Positions 8,521 through 18,912 are shown, counted from the first letter of the stretch. The stretch is DNA of 64,000 nt from Thermoproteota archaeon (GCA_037917685.1 JAVCBU010000006.1:1-64000); one strand, 5' to 3'. Program-made: numbers and translations. Notes: generated by a model not told the origin, from the sequence alone.

Positions 8521-10245
8521 ATGGAACCCTGGAATCAAATCAGACAAGAGGTTGCTGAAAGCTTATGGAAAGCATTCACAGAGCTCGGGGTTGACGTAGA
8601 AATACCAACTATACTGGATAGCATTACGGAAACTGCAGACCCAAGATATGGGGATCTATCAAGCATTCTATGTTTCAAGTTATTTGGAAAAGACGCGAAA
8701 GAAACGGCAGCAGAAGTTGTCTCGAAAATCAAGAAAGTAAGTTATATCCGTAAAATAGAAGCTGTGAGTGGTTTTATCAATTTCAGAATTAATTGGGAGG
8801 ACTTTTCAAGATACGTGATGGAGCTAGCAATCGATGAAAACTACGGTAGACTTAACATCGGAAAAGGAAAGACAATAGTTGTTGATTTTTCGTCGCCAAA
8901 TGTCGCGAGACCATTTATGGTCTCGCATCTTAGGTCTACAGTTTTAGGTCAGGCTTTGATCAACCTATATAAATATTTGGGTTACAAATGCGTTGGAATT
9001 AACTACCTAGGAGACTGGGGAACTTCATTCGGAAAATTGCTGGTTGCATATAAAAGGTGGGGGGATGAGAGTAAAGTTAAGATTAACCCGATCGAGGAGC
9101 TTTTCAACCTATATGTTAAGTTTCATAAGGGGGTGGATTCGGATCCGAAACTGGAGGATGAGGCTAGAGAGTGGTTTAAAAGGCTTGAGGAGGGTGACAA
9201 TGAAGCGATCCGCTTATGGAAATGGTTCAGAGAAGAAAGCATACGCGAATTCAGGAGGATATATGATATTTTGGGGGTGGAATTCGACTTAACAGAAGGC
9301 GAATCAGAATTTGTAGAGAAAGGTAGGGAGATAGTGCGATATGCAGTGAGTAAGGGTATAGCTACTAGAGACCCGGACGGATCTATAGTAGTCAAACTCG
9401 AAGACTACGGTTTGCCTAACCTTATTATCCTGAAATCCGATGGAACCACTTTATACCAGACAAGAGATCTAGCAGCTGCTTTAAGCAGGTATGAAAGGTT
9501 TAGGTTCCACAGATTGCTGTATGTGGTAGGGAGAGAACAGAACACATATTTTAAACAGCTTTTCCAAACGTTAAAGCTACTTGGCTATAAATGGTCTGAT
9601 AAATGCCGGCATGTGAGCTTCGGGCTTCTTACAATTCAGGGGTTGAAAATGGCAACCAGGTATGGAAGAATAGTTAGGGTAAAAGATATTCTGAACTCCG
9701 CATTTGAAAAAGCTGAAGCGATAGTAAGAGAAAAAAATCCTAGTTTAAGCGACGCGGAGAAGAAAGCTGTGGCTAGAGCGGTAAGTATCGGTGCATTAAA
9801 ATTCTCACAACTAAATGCTAATAGAGAAGAAAATATTACATTTACAATCGACAAAGCTATAGACTTCAAAGGTGATACAGGCCCATACGTACAATATGCC
9901 TACGCAAGAAGCTGTAAAATACTGAGGAAGTCGAATTACAACTTTAGCATCGGAAATGCTGATTTTAAAGAGTTTAATGAAGACCCAGAGCGGAGTATTG
10001 TCAAGTTGATAGCCCTATTTCCTACGATTCTCAGAAAGGTTTCTGAGACATATGATGTGCATTTACTTGCTAGATACATCTTAGATCTTGCAAAGAAGTT
10101 TACAATTTTTTACGATATAAAGCCCGTACTAAAGGAAAGGGATTATGGAATAAAAAACGCAAGATTAGTATTAGTTAACGCCGCTTCTAATGTACTTCGG
10201 AACGGGTTAGGTATACTTGGGATAGAAACGCCAGAAACGATATAA
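8521..10245 (+). CDS. argS: Arginine--tRNA ligase
   Basis: VDFSSPNVARPFMVSHLRST (HIGH-like), GDWG, KSDGTTLY, KMATRYG and GPYVQYAYAR. Confidence 0.96.
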   Translation: MEPWNQIRQEVAESLWKAFTELGVDVEIPTILDSITETADPRYGDLSSILCFKLFGKDAKETAAEVVSKIKKVSYIRKIEAVSGFINFRINWEDFSRYVMELAIDENYGRLNIGKGKTIVVDFSSPNVARPFMVSHLRSTVLGQALINLYKYLGYKCVGINYLGDWGTSFGKLLVAYKRWGDESKVKINPIEELFNLYVKFHKGVDSDPKLEDEAREWFKRLEEGDNEAIRLWKWFREESIREFRRIYDILGVEFDLTEGESEFVEKGREIVRYAVSKGIATRDPDGSIVVKLEDYGLPNLIILKSDGTTLYQTRDLAAALSRYERFRFHRLLYVVGREQNTYFKQLFQTLKLLGYKWSDKCRHVSFGLLTIQGLKMATRYGRIVRVKDILNSAFEKAEAIVREKNPSLSDAEKKAVARAVSIGALKFSQLNANREENITFTIDKAIDFKGDTGPYVQYAYARSCKILRKSNYNFSIGNADFKEFNEDPERSIVKLIALFPTILRKVSETYDVHLLARYILDLAKKFTIFYDIKPVLKERDYGIKNARLVLVNAASNVLRNGLGILGIETPETI

Positions 10246-10264
10246 AAGGGGAGTAATATATCAA

Positions 10265-10350
10265 TGCGGCCGGCGGGATTCGAACCCGCGACCTCTGGCT
10301 ATCCCCAGGAGTCGGGGGGCCAGAATCCTACCAGACTAGACCACGGCCGC
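10265..10350 (-). tRNA. tRNA-Gly(CCC) with 12-nt 37/38 intron (10301-10312); C33
   Basis: GCGGCCG acceptor; CTGGC-CC-CCC-G[ACTCCTGGGGAT]A-GCCAG. Confidence 0.88.
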
Positions 10351-10354
10351 ATAC

Positions 10355-10543
10355 TTACCATCTAGTAAATGTGGTGATGATTATAAATACTACGGGTATG
10401 CCTGCAAGTATTAAAAGGATATTTCTAAGAATGTGAGGATCTACATTGATTATAGGTGCCAGTAACTCTGGCAATAGAAACACTAAGATTACATATATAA
10501 ATAGGGCAAGTAGTATTCTCCCCTCCCCGCTGGCCTTGCTCAT
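10355..10543 (-). CDS. Small two-TM membrane protein
   Basis: Two hydrophobic segments; starts right after the eif2g stop. Confidence 0.65.
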   Translation of the reverse strand: MSKASGEGRILLALFIYVILVFLLPELLAPIINVDPHILRNILLILAGIPVVFIIITTFTRW

Positions 10544-10545
10544 TT

Positions 10546-11772
10546 TTAGACACCACTTATTACTCCATATCCTATTAAACGAAATCTCCCGCCTATATTT
10601 CTGGAAATAGCCACTCTTTGCCCTACTTCAACACATGCGGGGATGGTAAGCAGGAGTTCTGCTCTACCAGCTTTTACCTTAGTAACTCTAGCGGAAGTTG
10701 TAGCAGTACCTACATTTAGGACTAGAACCTCGTTTTCTCTAATAGGCTCTACTTTCTTCTCCTCTCTTAGTCCTATAACCGTCTCCATTAAGTGTATCTT
10801 AAGTTCTATTGATGAAACAGCTGGAGGCAGCTTTCCGGCAAGCCCTACTACGGAGCCTCTTAGTGCGTCAGCCTTAGTAAGGCTTGGATCCAACTCCGTA
10901 CCGACAGCTATGAGTCCACCAGGCCCTGCCTCTTCTATATTTGTTTTTTCGCTCATAAGGGATACAACGCGTGTTGTTAACGGCTGATACGTATTCCCCT
11001 TCCTTATGCCGGGTAGTATTTCGATTTCATCGCCCAGTTTAAGCTTTCCATGAAGCAAAGCCCCTCCTAGTACTCCGCCTTTCAAGTCTTCTATAGGTGT
11101 GCCGGGCTTATTAACATCAAAAGATCTTGAAACAAACATTTTTGGAGGTTTGGAAAGGTCACGTTCAGGAACCTTAAATTTTTTCACCATCTTATGGATT
11201 AACACATCGATATTAGCCTTATGCAGGGCGGAGATCGGTATTATGGGTGGAATCTCATGCCAGCCCTCTTCTAGAAAACTCACTATCTGATTGTAATTCT
11301 CTACTGCTTTATCATCGTCGACCAGCTCTATTTTGTTTTGGACTACCACTATGTCTTTAACACCCATTATTTTAAGGGCTAATAAATGCTCTCGCGTTTG
11401 AGGTTGGGGACACGGTTCGTTAGCAGCTATAACCATTATAGCAGCATCCATTATTGTTGATCCTGCAAGCATCACCGCCATTAGTGCATCATGTCCGGGA
11501 CAGTCAACTAGAGACACGAGCCTAACTAGTTCAGTCGGAGATCCATCTATCGGGCATTTCTTTTCAGTTGTGTAGCATTCTGGTTCGTTGCAGTTTTTAC
11601 ATTTTCTGAATTCAGCATTTGCATATCCAAGCTTTATTGTGATACCTCGGGTTAGTTCTTCGCTGTGTCTTTCTGGCCATATTCCAGTGAGTGCTTGGAC
11701 AAGGGTTGACTTACCGTGGTCCACATGGCCTGCTGTTCCAATGTTCATTTCAGGCTGTCTTGGACGACTCAT
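10546..11772 (-). CDS. eif2g: Translation initiation factor aIF2 gamma
   Basis: [17 protein letters not shown], Zn knuckle, DCPGH and QNKIE. Confidence 0.97.
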   Translation of the reverse strand: MSRPRQPEMNIGTAGHVDHGKSTLVQALTGIWPERHSEELTRGITIKLGYANAEFRKCKNCNEPECYTTEKKCPIDGSPTELVRLVSLVDCPGHDALMAVMLAGSTIMDAAIMVIAANEPCPQPQTREHLLALKIMGVKDIVVVQNKIELVDDDKAVENYNQIVSFLEEGWHEIPPIIPISALHKANIDVLIHKMVKKFKVPERDLSKPPKMFVSRSFDVNKPGTPIEDLKGGVLGGALLHGKLKLGDEIEILPGIRKGNTYQPLTTRVVSLMSEKTNIEEAGPGGLIAVGTELDPSLTKADALRGSVVGLAGKLPPAVSSIELKIHLMETVIGLREEKKVEPIRENEVLVLNVGTATTSARVTKVKAGRAELLLTIPACVEVGQRVAISRNIGGRFRLIGYGVISGV

Positions 11773-12154
11773 CTTCACTCTCCTTCTCTTCTACTATCGG
11801 TTTCTCCCCCCATTCAACAATTTTAAGATTAAGCTGTTTAATGTCCTGCGAAACAGTGTTACCTCTGATAAGCTTTCTTCGCCTAATTCCTTTTTCCCTT
11901 GGCTTGTAACCAGGCCCTTTACTCAGTAGAACCCTTTTCCTTCCAGGACCCATTATGCTTGGATGCATCGGGAACCCGTCTTTGTCTGTCCCCCCGGTGA
12001 TTTGAAACTTGTATCCTTTGAATCCAATGAGTTCTCCAGGAATGAGGTCTCCTATCTTTCTTCCATATAGGTTTCGTGCCTCATCTTCCTTTATTACTAT
12101 GTGATATGTCCTTCCAGTCTTGGGATCCCCTATGTCAAGTATGATTTCAGACAT
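11750..12154 (-). CDS. rps6e: 30S ribosomal protein eS6
   Basis: [14 protein letters not shown] and [11 protein letters not shown]. Confidence 0.96.
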   Translation of the reverse strand: MSEIILDIGDPKTGRTYHIVIKEDEARNLYGRKIGDLIPGELIGFKGYKFQITGGTDKDGFPMHPSIMGPGRKRVLLSKGPGYKPREKGIRRRKLIRGNTVSQDIKQLNLKIVEWGEKPIVEEKESEDESSKTA

Positions 12155-12197
12155 CTGCCGTCTCCTCTCATTTTATAATACTGGGAACATATTAAGT

Positions 12198-13967
12198 TTA
12201 GGATATTTTGCGTACCATCTTCCATATTTCTTTTAGAAGTTTTTTCTCCTCGGGTGAAAGGTTATTTTCAAAATACTCTCTTTGTTCAGGAGTCAAAATC
12301 AAGGGAATTAAACTGTATAGAATGCTTCTTTCATGTATGTTACGGCCTACGACTCCCCCTTCAATGGATACTGCTACCTCCATGTCTTTCTCTGCAGTAG
12401 GTATTTTATTGCCCTTGTCTTGGATTTCTAAGACTTTACCCACTATTTTACCGCTTTCAGATAATAGTATGGAGCCTGGTATAAGTTTTCCCTCCAATAC
12501 TTTTACTCCTACAATAGCTGGTTTGCTTCTCCTAAAAATGTAACCTGGGAGTACTTCGATCTTGCATGGATAGGATACTTGCTGTAGTATTCTCATCTCC
12601 TTTTTAGTCCGTATCTCAGTAGTATATTTTTCGACTTTCTCAATCAGTTGATAGATTATGTTATCAGTGAATATTTTCACACCATATTTTTCTGCTTCTT
12701 CTAGAGCCTTAGGATGCACCTTAACGTTAAAGCCTAAGACGCAACCGTAGAGGGGGTCTATGCGCTTTGAGACACTTGCCTCGAAGATATCACTTTCACT
12801 TATGTCTCCAATGTCAGCTTTTCTAACCTTAAGATCCATGCGTCTTAAGGTTGAGATTATAGCTTCTAGCGAACCCAGCGTGTCCGCCTTGACTATGAAT
12901 CCTTCTCTCTCAGATTTTATAAGTATCTCACCAAGTTCCTCTTGAACCTGACTTTTAAGTTTCTCTATATCTTCCTTGCTTAATGCAACATAGAGGGGAC
13001 TACCTGCAACAACGTTTTCTATATTAGGGGCAGCTATTTTAACACCAGCTGCACAGATGGCTTTATCGATGGGGGTAAATTTCTCTCTTGGTGCTCTCAT
13101 CTCGTCTAGGGGCCGTGGTCTGAATATTCCTCTAACATAGGTGACTATGGGGTCTTCCTTACCCCCTACTACTAATGTGTCACCTTTCCGTAGTATCCCA
13201 TCATATATTATCGCATCCATAGTAACACCTAAGCCCGGCGTCTCTTTCACTTCTAGCACTGTTCCGACAGCTGCTTCTGATGTTATTTCCAGCCTGTCTA
13301 GCATGTATCTCTGAGCCATCCCTAAGAGTACTGCTAGCAGGTCTGGAACTCCTTCCCCTGTGATAGCACTTATTGGAACAATAGGCCTTTCGGTTTTAAA
13401 GTCTCTGACTCGGTCGTATCTTTCTGCTTGAATTCCATACTGGGATAGTTGCGCGACGATCTCATAGGCTCTTGTTTCTAGCTGATCTATAACTCTGTCT
13501 TCTTGAATTTTAACTGATTCAAGGAAGGTTTTACCAGGGATACTTCTCCATCCGGGTAATCTGTCTATTTTATTAAGCGCAATAACGAATGGGGTGTTTC
13601 TACTCTTCAATATCTCGATCGACTCGACAGTTTGGGGTTGAACTCCTGGTCCTACATCTATTACTAGAATTGCAATGTCAGCAACAGATCCGCCTCTCCT
13701 TCTAAGGTTTGTAAATGCCTCGTGGCCCGGAAGATCTATAAATATGAGACCCTCAATGTCAAGCCTTGGAAACTTGAATTTCTCAAGTATAGGCTTGCAT
13801 ATCTCTTCTAAAACTTTAAGGGGAATCTCTGAGCAGCCTATGTGCTGAGTTATCATCCCCGGTTCTTTGTAAACTACTCTTGTTTTCCTTATGTAGTCCA
13901 ATAGGGTTGTTTTTCCAGAGTCTACATGACCTAGTACTGCAACTATCGGTGCTCTATACTTTTTCAT
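12198..13967 (-). CDS. infB: Translation initiation factor aIF5B
   Basis: LGHVDSGKT, ITQHIG, DLPGHEAFTNLRRRGG and KADTLGSLEA. Confidence 0.97.
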   Translation of the reverse strand: MKKYRAPIVAVLGHVDSGKTTLLDYIRKTRVVYKEPGMITQHIGCSEIPLKVLEEICKPILEKFKFPRLDIEGLIFIDLPGHEAFTNLRRRGGSVADIAILVIDVGPGVQPQTVESIEILKSRNTPFVIALNKIDRLPGWRSIPGKTFLESVKIQEDRVIDQLETRAYEIVAQLSQYGIQAERYDRVRDFKTERPIVPISAITGEGVPDLLAVLLGMAQRYMLDRLEITSEAAVGTVLEVKETPGLGVTMDAIIYDGILRKGDTLVVGGKEDPIVTYVRGIFRPRPLDEMRAPREKFTPIDKAICAAGVKIAAPNIENVVAGSPLYVALSKEDIEKLKSQVQEELGEILIKSEREGFIVKADTLGSLEAIISTLRRMDLKVRKADIGDISESDIFEASVSKRIDPLYGCVLGFNVKVHPKALEEAEKYGVKIFTDNIIYQLIEKVEKYTTEIRTKKEMRILQQVSYPCKIEVLPGYIFRRSKPAIVGVKVLEGKLIPGSILLSESGKIVGKVLEIQDKGNKIPTAEKDMEVAVSIEGGVVGRNIHERSILYSLIPLILTPEQREYFENNLSPEEKKLLKEIWKMVRKIS

Positions 13968-14004
13968 AGTTTACACTCTCGCATTTTAATTATCTGTGGG
14001 CTAC

Positions 14005-14184
14005 TCAGCTTTGAGTTTTTCTAACCCATTTAACTCTTTTAGGACTTCTCTTTAGTTTTAACATATTTTTCCTACATTTTGATGAACAAAAGTGGAGGAT
14101 AGTCCCATCAATCTTTATGTACGTGACCCCATAACCTGGGAGGATGTTTTTCCCGCAGAAAGAACACTTTCTGGCGTGGAGCAT
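14005..14184 (-). CDS. rpl24e: 50S ribosomal protein eL24 (59 aa, missing from the ORF track)
   Basis: Manual translation MLHARKCSFCGKNILPGYGVTYIKIDGTILHFCSSKCRKNMLKLKRSPKRVKWV... Confidence 0.95.
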   Translation of the reverse strand: MLHARKCSFCGKNILPGYGVTYIKIDGTILHFCSSKCRKNMLKLKRSPKRVKWVRKTQS

Positions 14185-14188
14185 TTTA

Positions 14189-14401
14189 TTACCTCGGCTT
14201 TAACTTTTTAGCTTCCGTCTCTGTTTCCATTAATATCAATATATCGCCTTCCTTAACTGGGCCTTTCACATTTCTGGTTAGTACTCTTCCTTTATTTTCG
14301 CCTTCCAGGAGCTTTACCCTTACCTGTGTAATATCGCCTGCTATTCCCATTCTACCTATGATCTCTATTACTTCAGCGTAGCATCCACCATTTTCAGGCA
14401 T
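14189..14401 (-). CDS. rps28e: 30S ribosomal protein eS28
   Basis: [11 protein letters not shown]...[13 protein letters not shown]. Confidence 0.96.
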   Translation of the reverse strand: MPENGGCYAEVIEIIGRMGIAGDITQVRVKLLEGENKGRVLTRNVKGPVKEGDILILMETETEAKKLKPR

Positions 14402-14772
14402 TAAGATTCACCGGGCTTCCCCAGCTGGCCTATTATGGCTTTCATAAGGCCTTCGGCGTCCTTAGGGTCTATTATTGCTGCTGAAGATGCTGCCACATCT
14501 ATTCCAGCCGCTTCACCTAGTTTTTTCTTGCTAGGGACATATACCATTGGGATGCCTTTCTCTTTGCAGAGTAAAGGTATATGTGCCACGATCTCTTTAG
14601 GATTTACATCCTCAGCAACTATCACAAGCTTCGCTAGGCCCCTTTCTATAGCCTTAGTAGTCTCATTGACTCCCTTCTTTACCTTACCCCCTGTAGTTCT
14701 AGCCATTTCAACGCATTCGTATACCTTTTCTACTAGTTCCTCTGATATCTTACCTTCTTCTGACATTTCCAT
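14401..14772 (-). CDS. rpl7ae: Ribosomal/K-turn binding protein L7Ae (eL8)
   Basis: [14 protein letters not shown] and [14 protein letters not shown]. Confidence 0.97.
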   Translation of the reverse strand: MEMSEEGKISEELVEKVYECVEMARTTGGKVKKGVNETTKAIERGLAKLVIVAEDVNPKEIVAHIPLLCKEKGIPMVYVPSKKKLGEAAGIDVAASSAAIIDPKDAEGLMKAIIGQLGKPGES

Positions 14773-14841
14773 CCCTCATCCAGTTTTAGATCGGGATCAG
14801 CTAACCTAGTGTTTATGGTTATTAAAAAATTTAATAGTAGC

Positions 14842-15906
14842 TCATATTCGAATTTTACGTTGCTTAACCCATTGTAGGAGTTCGCCGGTAATGACGAATT
14901 TTGCGTTCCTAAGCTCCCTCAAATCCTCGGATCCTGTAAGGAACATTGCAAGTTTAAGCTCATATTTTAGTCTATCTAACAGTTTTATTATCTCTCTAGA
15001 CCCTTTAACCGCTACTTTTAGAATTGGAAGTGCCAGTCCAGCATAAGACGATCCTAGGGCAATTACCTTAGCTACGTCAAGCCCATTTCTTATTCCGCCG
15101 GACCCAATAACTGGTATGTTAACTGCACTAACCACCTCTAATATGGATGCTGCAGTTGGCACCCCCCATGATGAGAATGTTTTCGCTGCTTCAGCCTGAA
15201 GTTCTTTTCCATACTTGCTAGCACGGATCCCCTCTATGACTGCCCAGTTCGTACCTCCATGACCAGCAACATCTATCATAGCAACTCCTATGTTCTCAAT
15301 AATTCTAGCTGTCTCGCATGGTATGCCGAAACCTACTTCTTTAATTATGACCGGAACTTCTATGCTTTCAACAACTCTTCTAATAGAGTCCACTGCTGAT
15401 TTGAAGCGTGGCTTACCCTCCGGCTGGATAGCTTCTTGGAGAGGATTAAGATGAATTGCTAGAGCGTCAGCATCTAATAATTCAACAGCTTTCCTTGCCT
15501 TTTCAAGCCCGTCAGCATGATTGATGGTGTCTACCCCGATATTTGAGATAACAGGTACGGAAGGTGCGGTTTCACGTACAATCCTGTAAGTATTAATTAA
15601 GGATTTGTCCCGTAGCGCGGCACGTACGCTTCCCACTTCAACTACGATCTTTGACCTCTCTGCCGCTTCTGCGATGCTTTTGTTTAGCCGCTCTAATGAT
15701 GGATGACCTCCTGTCATCCCTTCAATTATTACAGGGGCACTTATATCATAACCTAAAAAAGAAGCTGAGATATCAATGTCATCGAAATCTATATTGGGAA
15801 GAGGATTATGAATGAGGTGAACGTACTCGAGCCATGTGGTACCATACTCTACCTGATTCTTTAGGCATATCTCTATGTGGCTTGTTTTCCTATCTGAGAT
15901 TTCCAA
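14842..15906 (-). CDS. fni: Type 2 isopentenyl-diphosphate isomerase
   Basis: RKTSHI, MTGG, HLNPLQEAIQPEG, KEVGFG and GGIRNGLD. Confidence 0.95.
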   Translation of the reverse strand: MEISDRKTSHIEICLKNQVEYGTTWLEYVHLIHNPLPNIDFDDIDISASFLGYDISAPVIIEGMTGGHPSLERLNKSIAEAAERSKIVVEVGSVRAALRDKSLINTYRIVRETAPSVPVISNIGVDTINHADGLEKARKAVELLDADALAIHLNPLQEAIQPEGKPRFKSAVDSIRRVVESIEVPVIIKEVGFGIPCETARIIENIGVAMIDVAGHGGTNWAVIEGIRASKYGKELQAEAAKTFSSWGVPTAASILEVVSAVNIPVIGSGGIRNGLDVAKVIALGSSYAGLALPILKVAVKGSREIIKLLDRLKYELKLAMFLTGSEDLRELRNAKFVITGELLQWVKQRKIRI

Positions 15907-15912
15907 TGCTAC

Positions 15913-16761
15913 TTACCTTGATATAATCGCAGAAAGGTATCCTACAACGTTTAAGATGTCACCTGTTACTTCCGCGCTTGTTGAGTATTTAAGGGCTTCT
16001 GCTTTACGTGCCCCTAACCTTTTCGCTGCAACGATCGCAGCGATGGTCGGTCCATAACCGCACATCGAGATATTGTACATTTTCACAGAGCTGTATAGTT
16101 GTTCTTCATCCATCATGGTTATGCTTTTAATAACCCGTGAATCTTTCTCTCTAGCTGAAGATAAAGGTTCGTAATGTGTAAGGTCGGTTGACGCCACGAT
16201 AACGTGGTCTTTGGGTTTTCCAATACTAGATAGCACTTTGGAAATCGCTGTGCCAACTGCCTTGCTGGTCTCGAATGATTGGTCCATCATACAGATGGGC
16301 ACAAAGCTAAAGTTTGAGCCGTAAAGGTACTGGAGGAAGGGTAATTGAACCTCTATTGAATGTTCATAGATGTGTGCCTGAAGATCAGGCTTCACACCTA
16401 GCTGGTTCGCTATGTTTATAGCTATATCGTTATTTATCTTAACCTTCCCTAGTGGGGTTTCCCATAAACCATCTATCATTATTGATATTGGTTTCCCCAT
16501 TCCGGTATGGTTAGGACCTATAACAATCGCTGTTTCTATAGTACCATCCATAGCAAGCCTTGAGTATCCCATTGCTGCTACATGGCCTGAGTATACATAC
16601 CCAGCGTGGGGGGATATCACACTAATGATCCTTCTTTCACCTTGAGGATTAACTTTAGGCACTTCACCTATAGATCTGACGAAACAGTCTTCGATTGCCT
16701 CTCTAAGCTTAATTGCATCCCCGGGATAGAACATCCCGGCTACTGCCGGTGGTCTCTTCAT
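15913..16761 (-). CDS. MEMO1/AmmeMemoRadiSam protein B family
   Basis: RPPAVAGMFYP, PHAGYVYSG, EHSIEVQLPFLQ and SMCGYGP. Confidence 0.93.
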   Translation of the reverse strand: MKRPPAVAGMFYPGDAIKLREAIEDCFVRSIGEVPKVNPQGERRIISVISPHAGYVYSGHVAAMGYSRLAMDGTIETAIVIGPNHTGMGKPISIMIDGLWETPLGKVKINNDIAINIANQLGVKPDLQAHIYEHSIEVQLPFLQYLYGSNFSFVPICMMDQSFETSKAVGTAISKVLSSIGKPKDHVIVASTDLTHYEPLSSAREKDSRVIKSITMMDEEQLYSSVKMYNISMCGYGPTIAAIVAAKRLGARKAEALKYSTSAEVTGDILNVVGYLSAIISR

Positions 16762-16762
16762 T

Positions 16763-17383
16763 TTAAACTCCTGTTATTTCTGTTATAAAGTCCTCGTATC
16801 CTACTCCTAAATTGCCATCTTCCAGTATTTCTCCTCGTTCCCTTAGGACTTGTCTTGCAAGAAGCCAGTATATCAGTGCAAGAGCTTTCTTACCCTTATT
16901 GTTACATGGTATCGCGAAATCTACGAAATATAAAGTGTTGTCCAAGTCTACAAGAGATATTATGGGTATTCCGAGTTCTATAGCCTCGATATGAGCTTGC
17001 CTATCGACTTTTGGATCTGAGAGGATCACAGCTTCGGGTTCTTTATAGCTTGGGGAGGAGGGATTAGTCATCACGCCGGGCAGTATTCGTCCAACCACTG
17101 TGGGGATTCTCGTAAATTCTCCAAACCTCTTTACAGGCTGGAAGCCATATATCCTGGATGAAACTGCTAATACCCTTTCAGGCTCGTGACGCGCTATGAA
17201 TTTAGCCGCAACTCTTATTCTTTCGTCTGTTTTCTCCACATCGATGACGGCTAGACCATCCTGCCTTATCTTATAAACGTATCTTTTCATGTCCTTCGTT
17301 CTAATTTTTGTCCCGATATGGACTCCTGCCGCTAGATAAACGGATTTATCTATGAGAAGTTCCCTGTCACCCTCGGATTCCAC
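16763..17383 (-). CDS. rps2: 30S ribosomal protein uS2
   Basis: YLAAGVHIGT and IPCNNKGKKAL; GTG after SD GGGGTGA. Confidence 0.96.
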   Translation of the reverse strand: MESEGDRELLIDKSVYLAAGVHIGTKIRTKDMKRYVYKIRQDGLAVIDVEKTDERIRVAAKFIARHEPERVLAVSSRIYGFQPVKRFGEFTRIPTVVGRILPGVMTNPSSPSYKEPEAVILSDPKVDRQAHIEAIELGIPIISLVDLDNTLYFVDFAIPCNNKGKKALALIYWLLARQVLRERGEILEDGNLGVGYEDFITEITGV

Positions 17384-17384
17384 A

Positions 17385-17585
17385 TTATTCACCCCGCTTG
17401 AAATATTCTAGTTGTTCATCTATTAGATCAACATGTCCAAGGAACATTCTCCTGCAACAATACCTATCAATCCCGAGAATATCTAAGGCTTCCCCCGGTG
17501 TTTTGCCCTCTTTAACCAGCTTAGTATACTTCTCGTACTTGTCCCCGATCACAGCACCACATGTGTAACAACGAATTGGGAACAG
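17385..17585 (-). CDS. rpoN: RNA polymerase subunit Rpo10/N (CTG start; missing from the ORF track)
   Basis: Manual translation (L/M)[19 protein letters not shown]...[21 protein letters not shown]; SD AGGTGG upstream. Confidence 0.93.
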   Translation of the reverse strand: MFPIRCYTCGAVIGDKYEKYTKLVKEGKTPGEALDILGIDRYCCRRMFLGHVDLIDEQLEYFKRGE

Positions 17586-17639
17586 GGGATACCACCTAAC
17601 TATTTATCGCTACTGAAGGTTAATAATTTAATCTATTAG

Positions 17640-17757
17640 TGCCGGGGGTGGGATTTTTGGGCCACCAGGATATCTATCTCTGGACTGTGAACCCACGACA
17701 ACTCGGTCTTCAGCCGAGCGCTCTTGGTCTACTACTCCCAGACTGAGCTACCCCGGC
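17640..17757 (-). tRNA. tRNA-Phe(GAA) with a D-arm intron (12-13 nt, ~17723-17737) and a 32-nt T-loop intron at 56/57 (17657-17688)
   Basis: GCCGGGG acceptor, CTCGG-CT-GAA-GA-CCGAG; removing the T-loop insert restores TTCAAAT. Confidence 0.9.
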
Positions 17758-17797
17758 ACCTAATATTAGATGTCCATCCCTTATAAATTTAAATTCA

Positions 17798-18589
17798 TCA
17801 TATTAAATCCTTGTATCTTAATATAGAGAGAACATAATGAACCGCTTCTTCTGTTCTGACAGTCTCTACCTCCTGCCCTGGCACGAAGTTTACGAGGACA
17901 TCCATTAGCCGGGTGTCTTTCTCCGACAAAAGGTCCTTTAATCCTCTATATGGTCCTCCGAAGACTACGGTGATTTTATTACTCTTCTTAAGTCTTGCGA
18001 CTCTAATATCTTTCCCATACCGTGATGTTCCTATAATATAATATCCACGGGATTTAACCTTTTTAAGGAGGTAATTTAACGGTTTGGAGAAATAGAATAC
18101 TTCATAACCGTAATATTCCTCCGGGTCGATTTTACTAACTATAATTTTCTTGTTGAGATCTGCAAGATATATTTTTAACGTTTTCTTATATACCTCTGAT
18201 TTTCTAAGTTTATAGGTGGATCTCCCATCTGAACATATAACATGGTCACCTTTATCCTCTAAAACTTGCACATATCTATACCTCCCTTCTGAATCAAGGT
18301 GATGCCGTGTTTTAAGCGGTTCTACTACGCCTATGTATCTTAGGTCCTCGTCCAGGGGGAAAACATGTCGTCTAAGATAGGGGGGTGTATTTATGTATTT
18401 TAGAGTCTTTACTATGAACCTGCCTAAAGCGTGAGAGTCAAAATTAGGATCCGGATCATAGTATATTCCTATTTGCCGGATCCCGTAGGTTGATAAAACC
18501 CTGGCGATGATGCCTATCTTATATATTCTAAGCATCAATTTCTTCTCGTCAGCTGTAAACGTTGATGGGAGGAGTACCATGGTATCCAT
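17798..18589 (-). CDS. SPOUT-class RNA methyltransferase (DUF171/SPOUT1-like)
   Basis: YINTPPYLRR, IGTSRYG, VVFGGP and NFVPGQEVETVRTEEA. Confidence 0.9.
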   Translation of the reverse strand: MDTMVLLPSTFTADEKKLMLRIYKIGIIARVLSTYGIRQIGIYYDPDPNFDSHALGRFIVKTLKYINTPPYLRRHVFPLDEDLRYIGVVEPLKTRHHLDSEGRYRYVQVLEDKGDHVICSDGRSTYKLRKSEVYKKTLKIYLADLNKKIIVSKIDPEEYYGYEVFYFSKPLNYLLKKVKSRGYYIIGTSRYGKDIRVARLKKSNKITVVFGGPYRGLKDLLSEKDTRLMDVLVNFVPGQEVETVRTEEAVHYVLSILRYKDLI

Positions 18590-18632
18590 AGAAACAGTTA
18601 CCTCAGCATCATTCGATTTTAATTCATATTAG

Positions 18633-18730
18633 TGCGGCCGCCGGGATTTGAACCCGGGTCTCCGGCTTTCTTCTATACATCGGAAGGCCGGTATCCTATC
18701 TGTCTCAAATCCAGGCTAGACTACGGCCGC
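18633..18730 (-). tRNA. tRNA-Gly(TCC) with a D-loop intron (~18698-18708) and a 13-nt 37/38 intron (18668-18680)
   Basis: GCGGCCG acceptor; CCGGC-CT-TCC-G[ATGTATAGAAGAA]A-GCCGG; the exact D-loop junction is ambiguous. Confidence 0.9.
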
Positions 18731-18734
18731 ATTA

Positions 18735-18819
18735 TGCGGGGGGCGGGATTTGAACCCGCGAACCCCTTAGGGACAAGGTCCTGAGCCTTGCGCCTTTGAC
18801 CAGGCTTGGCTACCCCCGC
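18735..18819 (-). tRNA. tRNA-Leu(CAG), no intron
   Basis: GCGGGGG acceptor, CT-CAG-GA loop, long variable arm. Confidence 0.96.
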
Positions 18820-18825
18820 TATAAG

Positions 18826-18912
18826 TGCTCCGGGCGGGATTTGAACCCGCGTTAGCGGCTCGAAAGGCCGCTGTGCTTTAGGCCTTAGTTGACCTGGCTA
18901 CACTACCGGAGC
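18826..18912 (-). tRNA. tRNA-Glu(TTC) with 12-nt D-loop intron at 20b/21 (18878-18889)
   Basis: GCTCCGG acceptor, CT-TTC-GA loop; BHB AGGT[CA^A]C-TAA-G GCCT[AA^A]. Confidence 0.92.
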
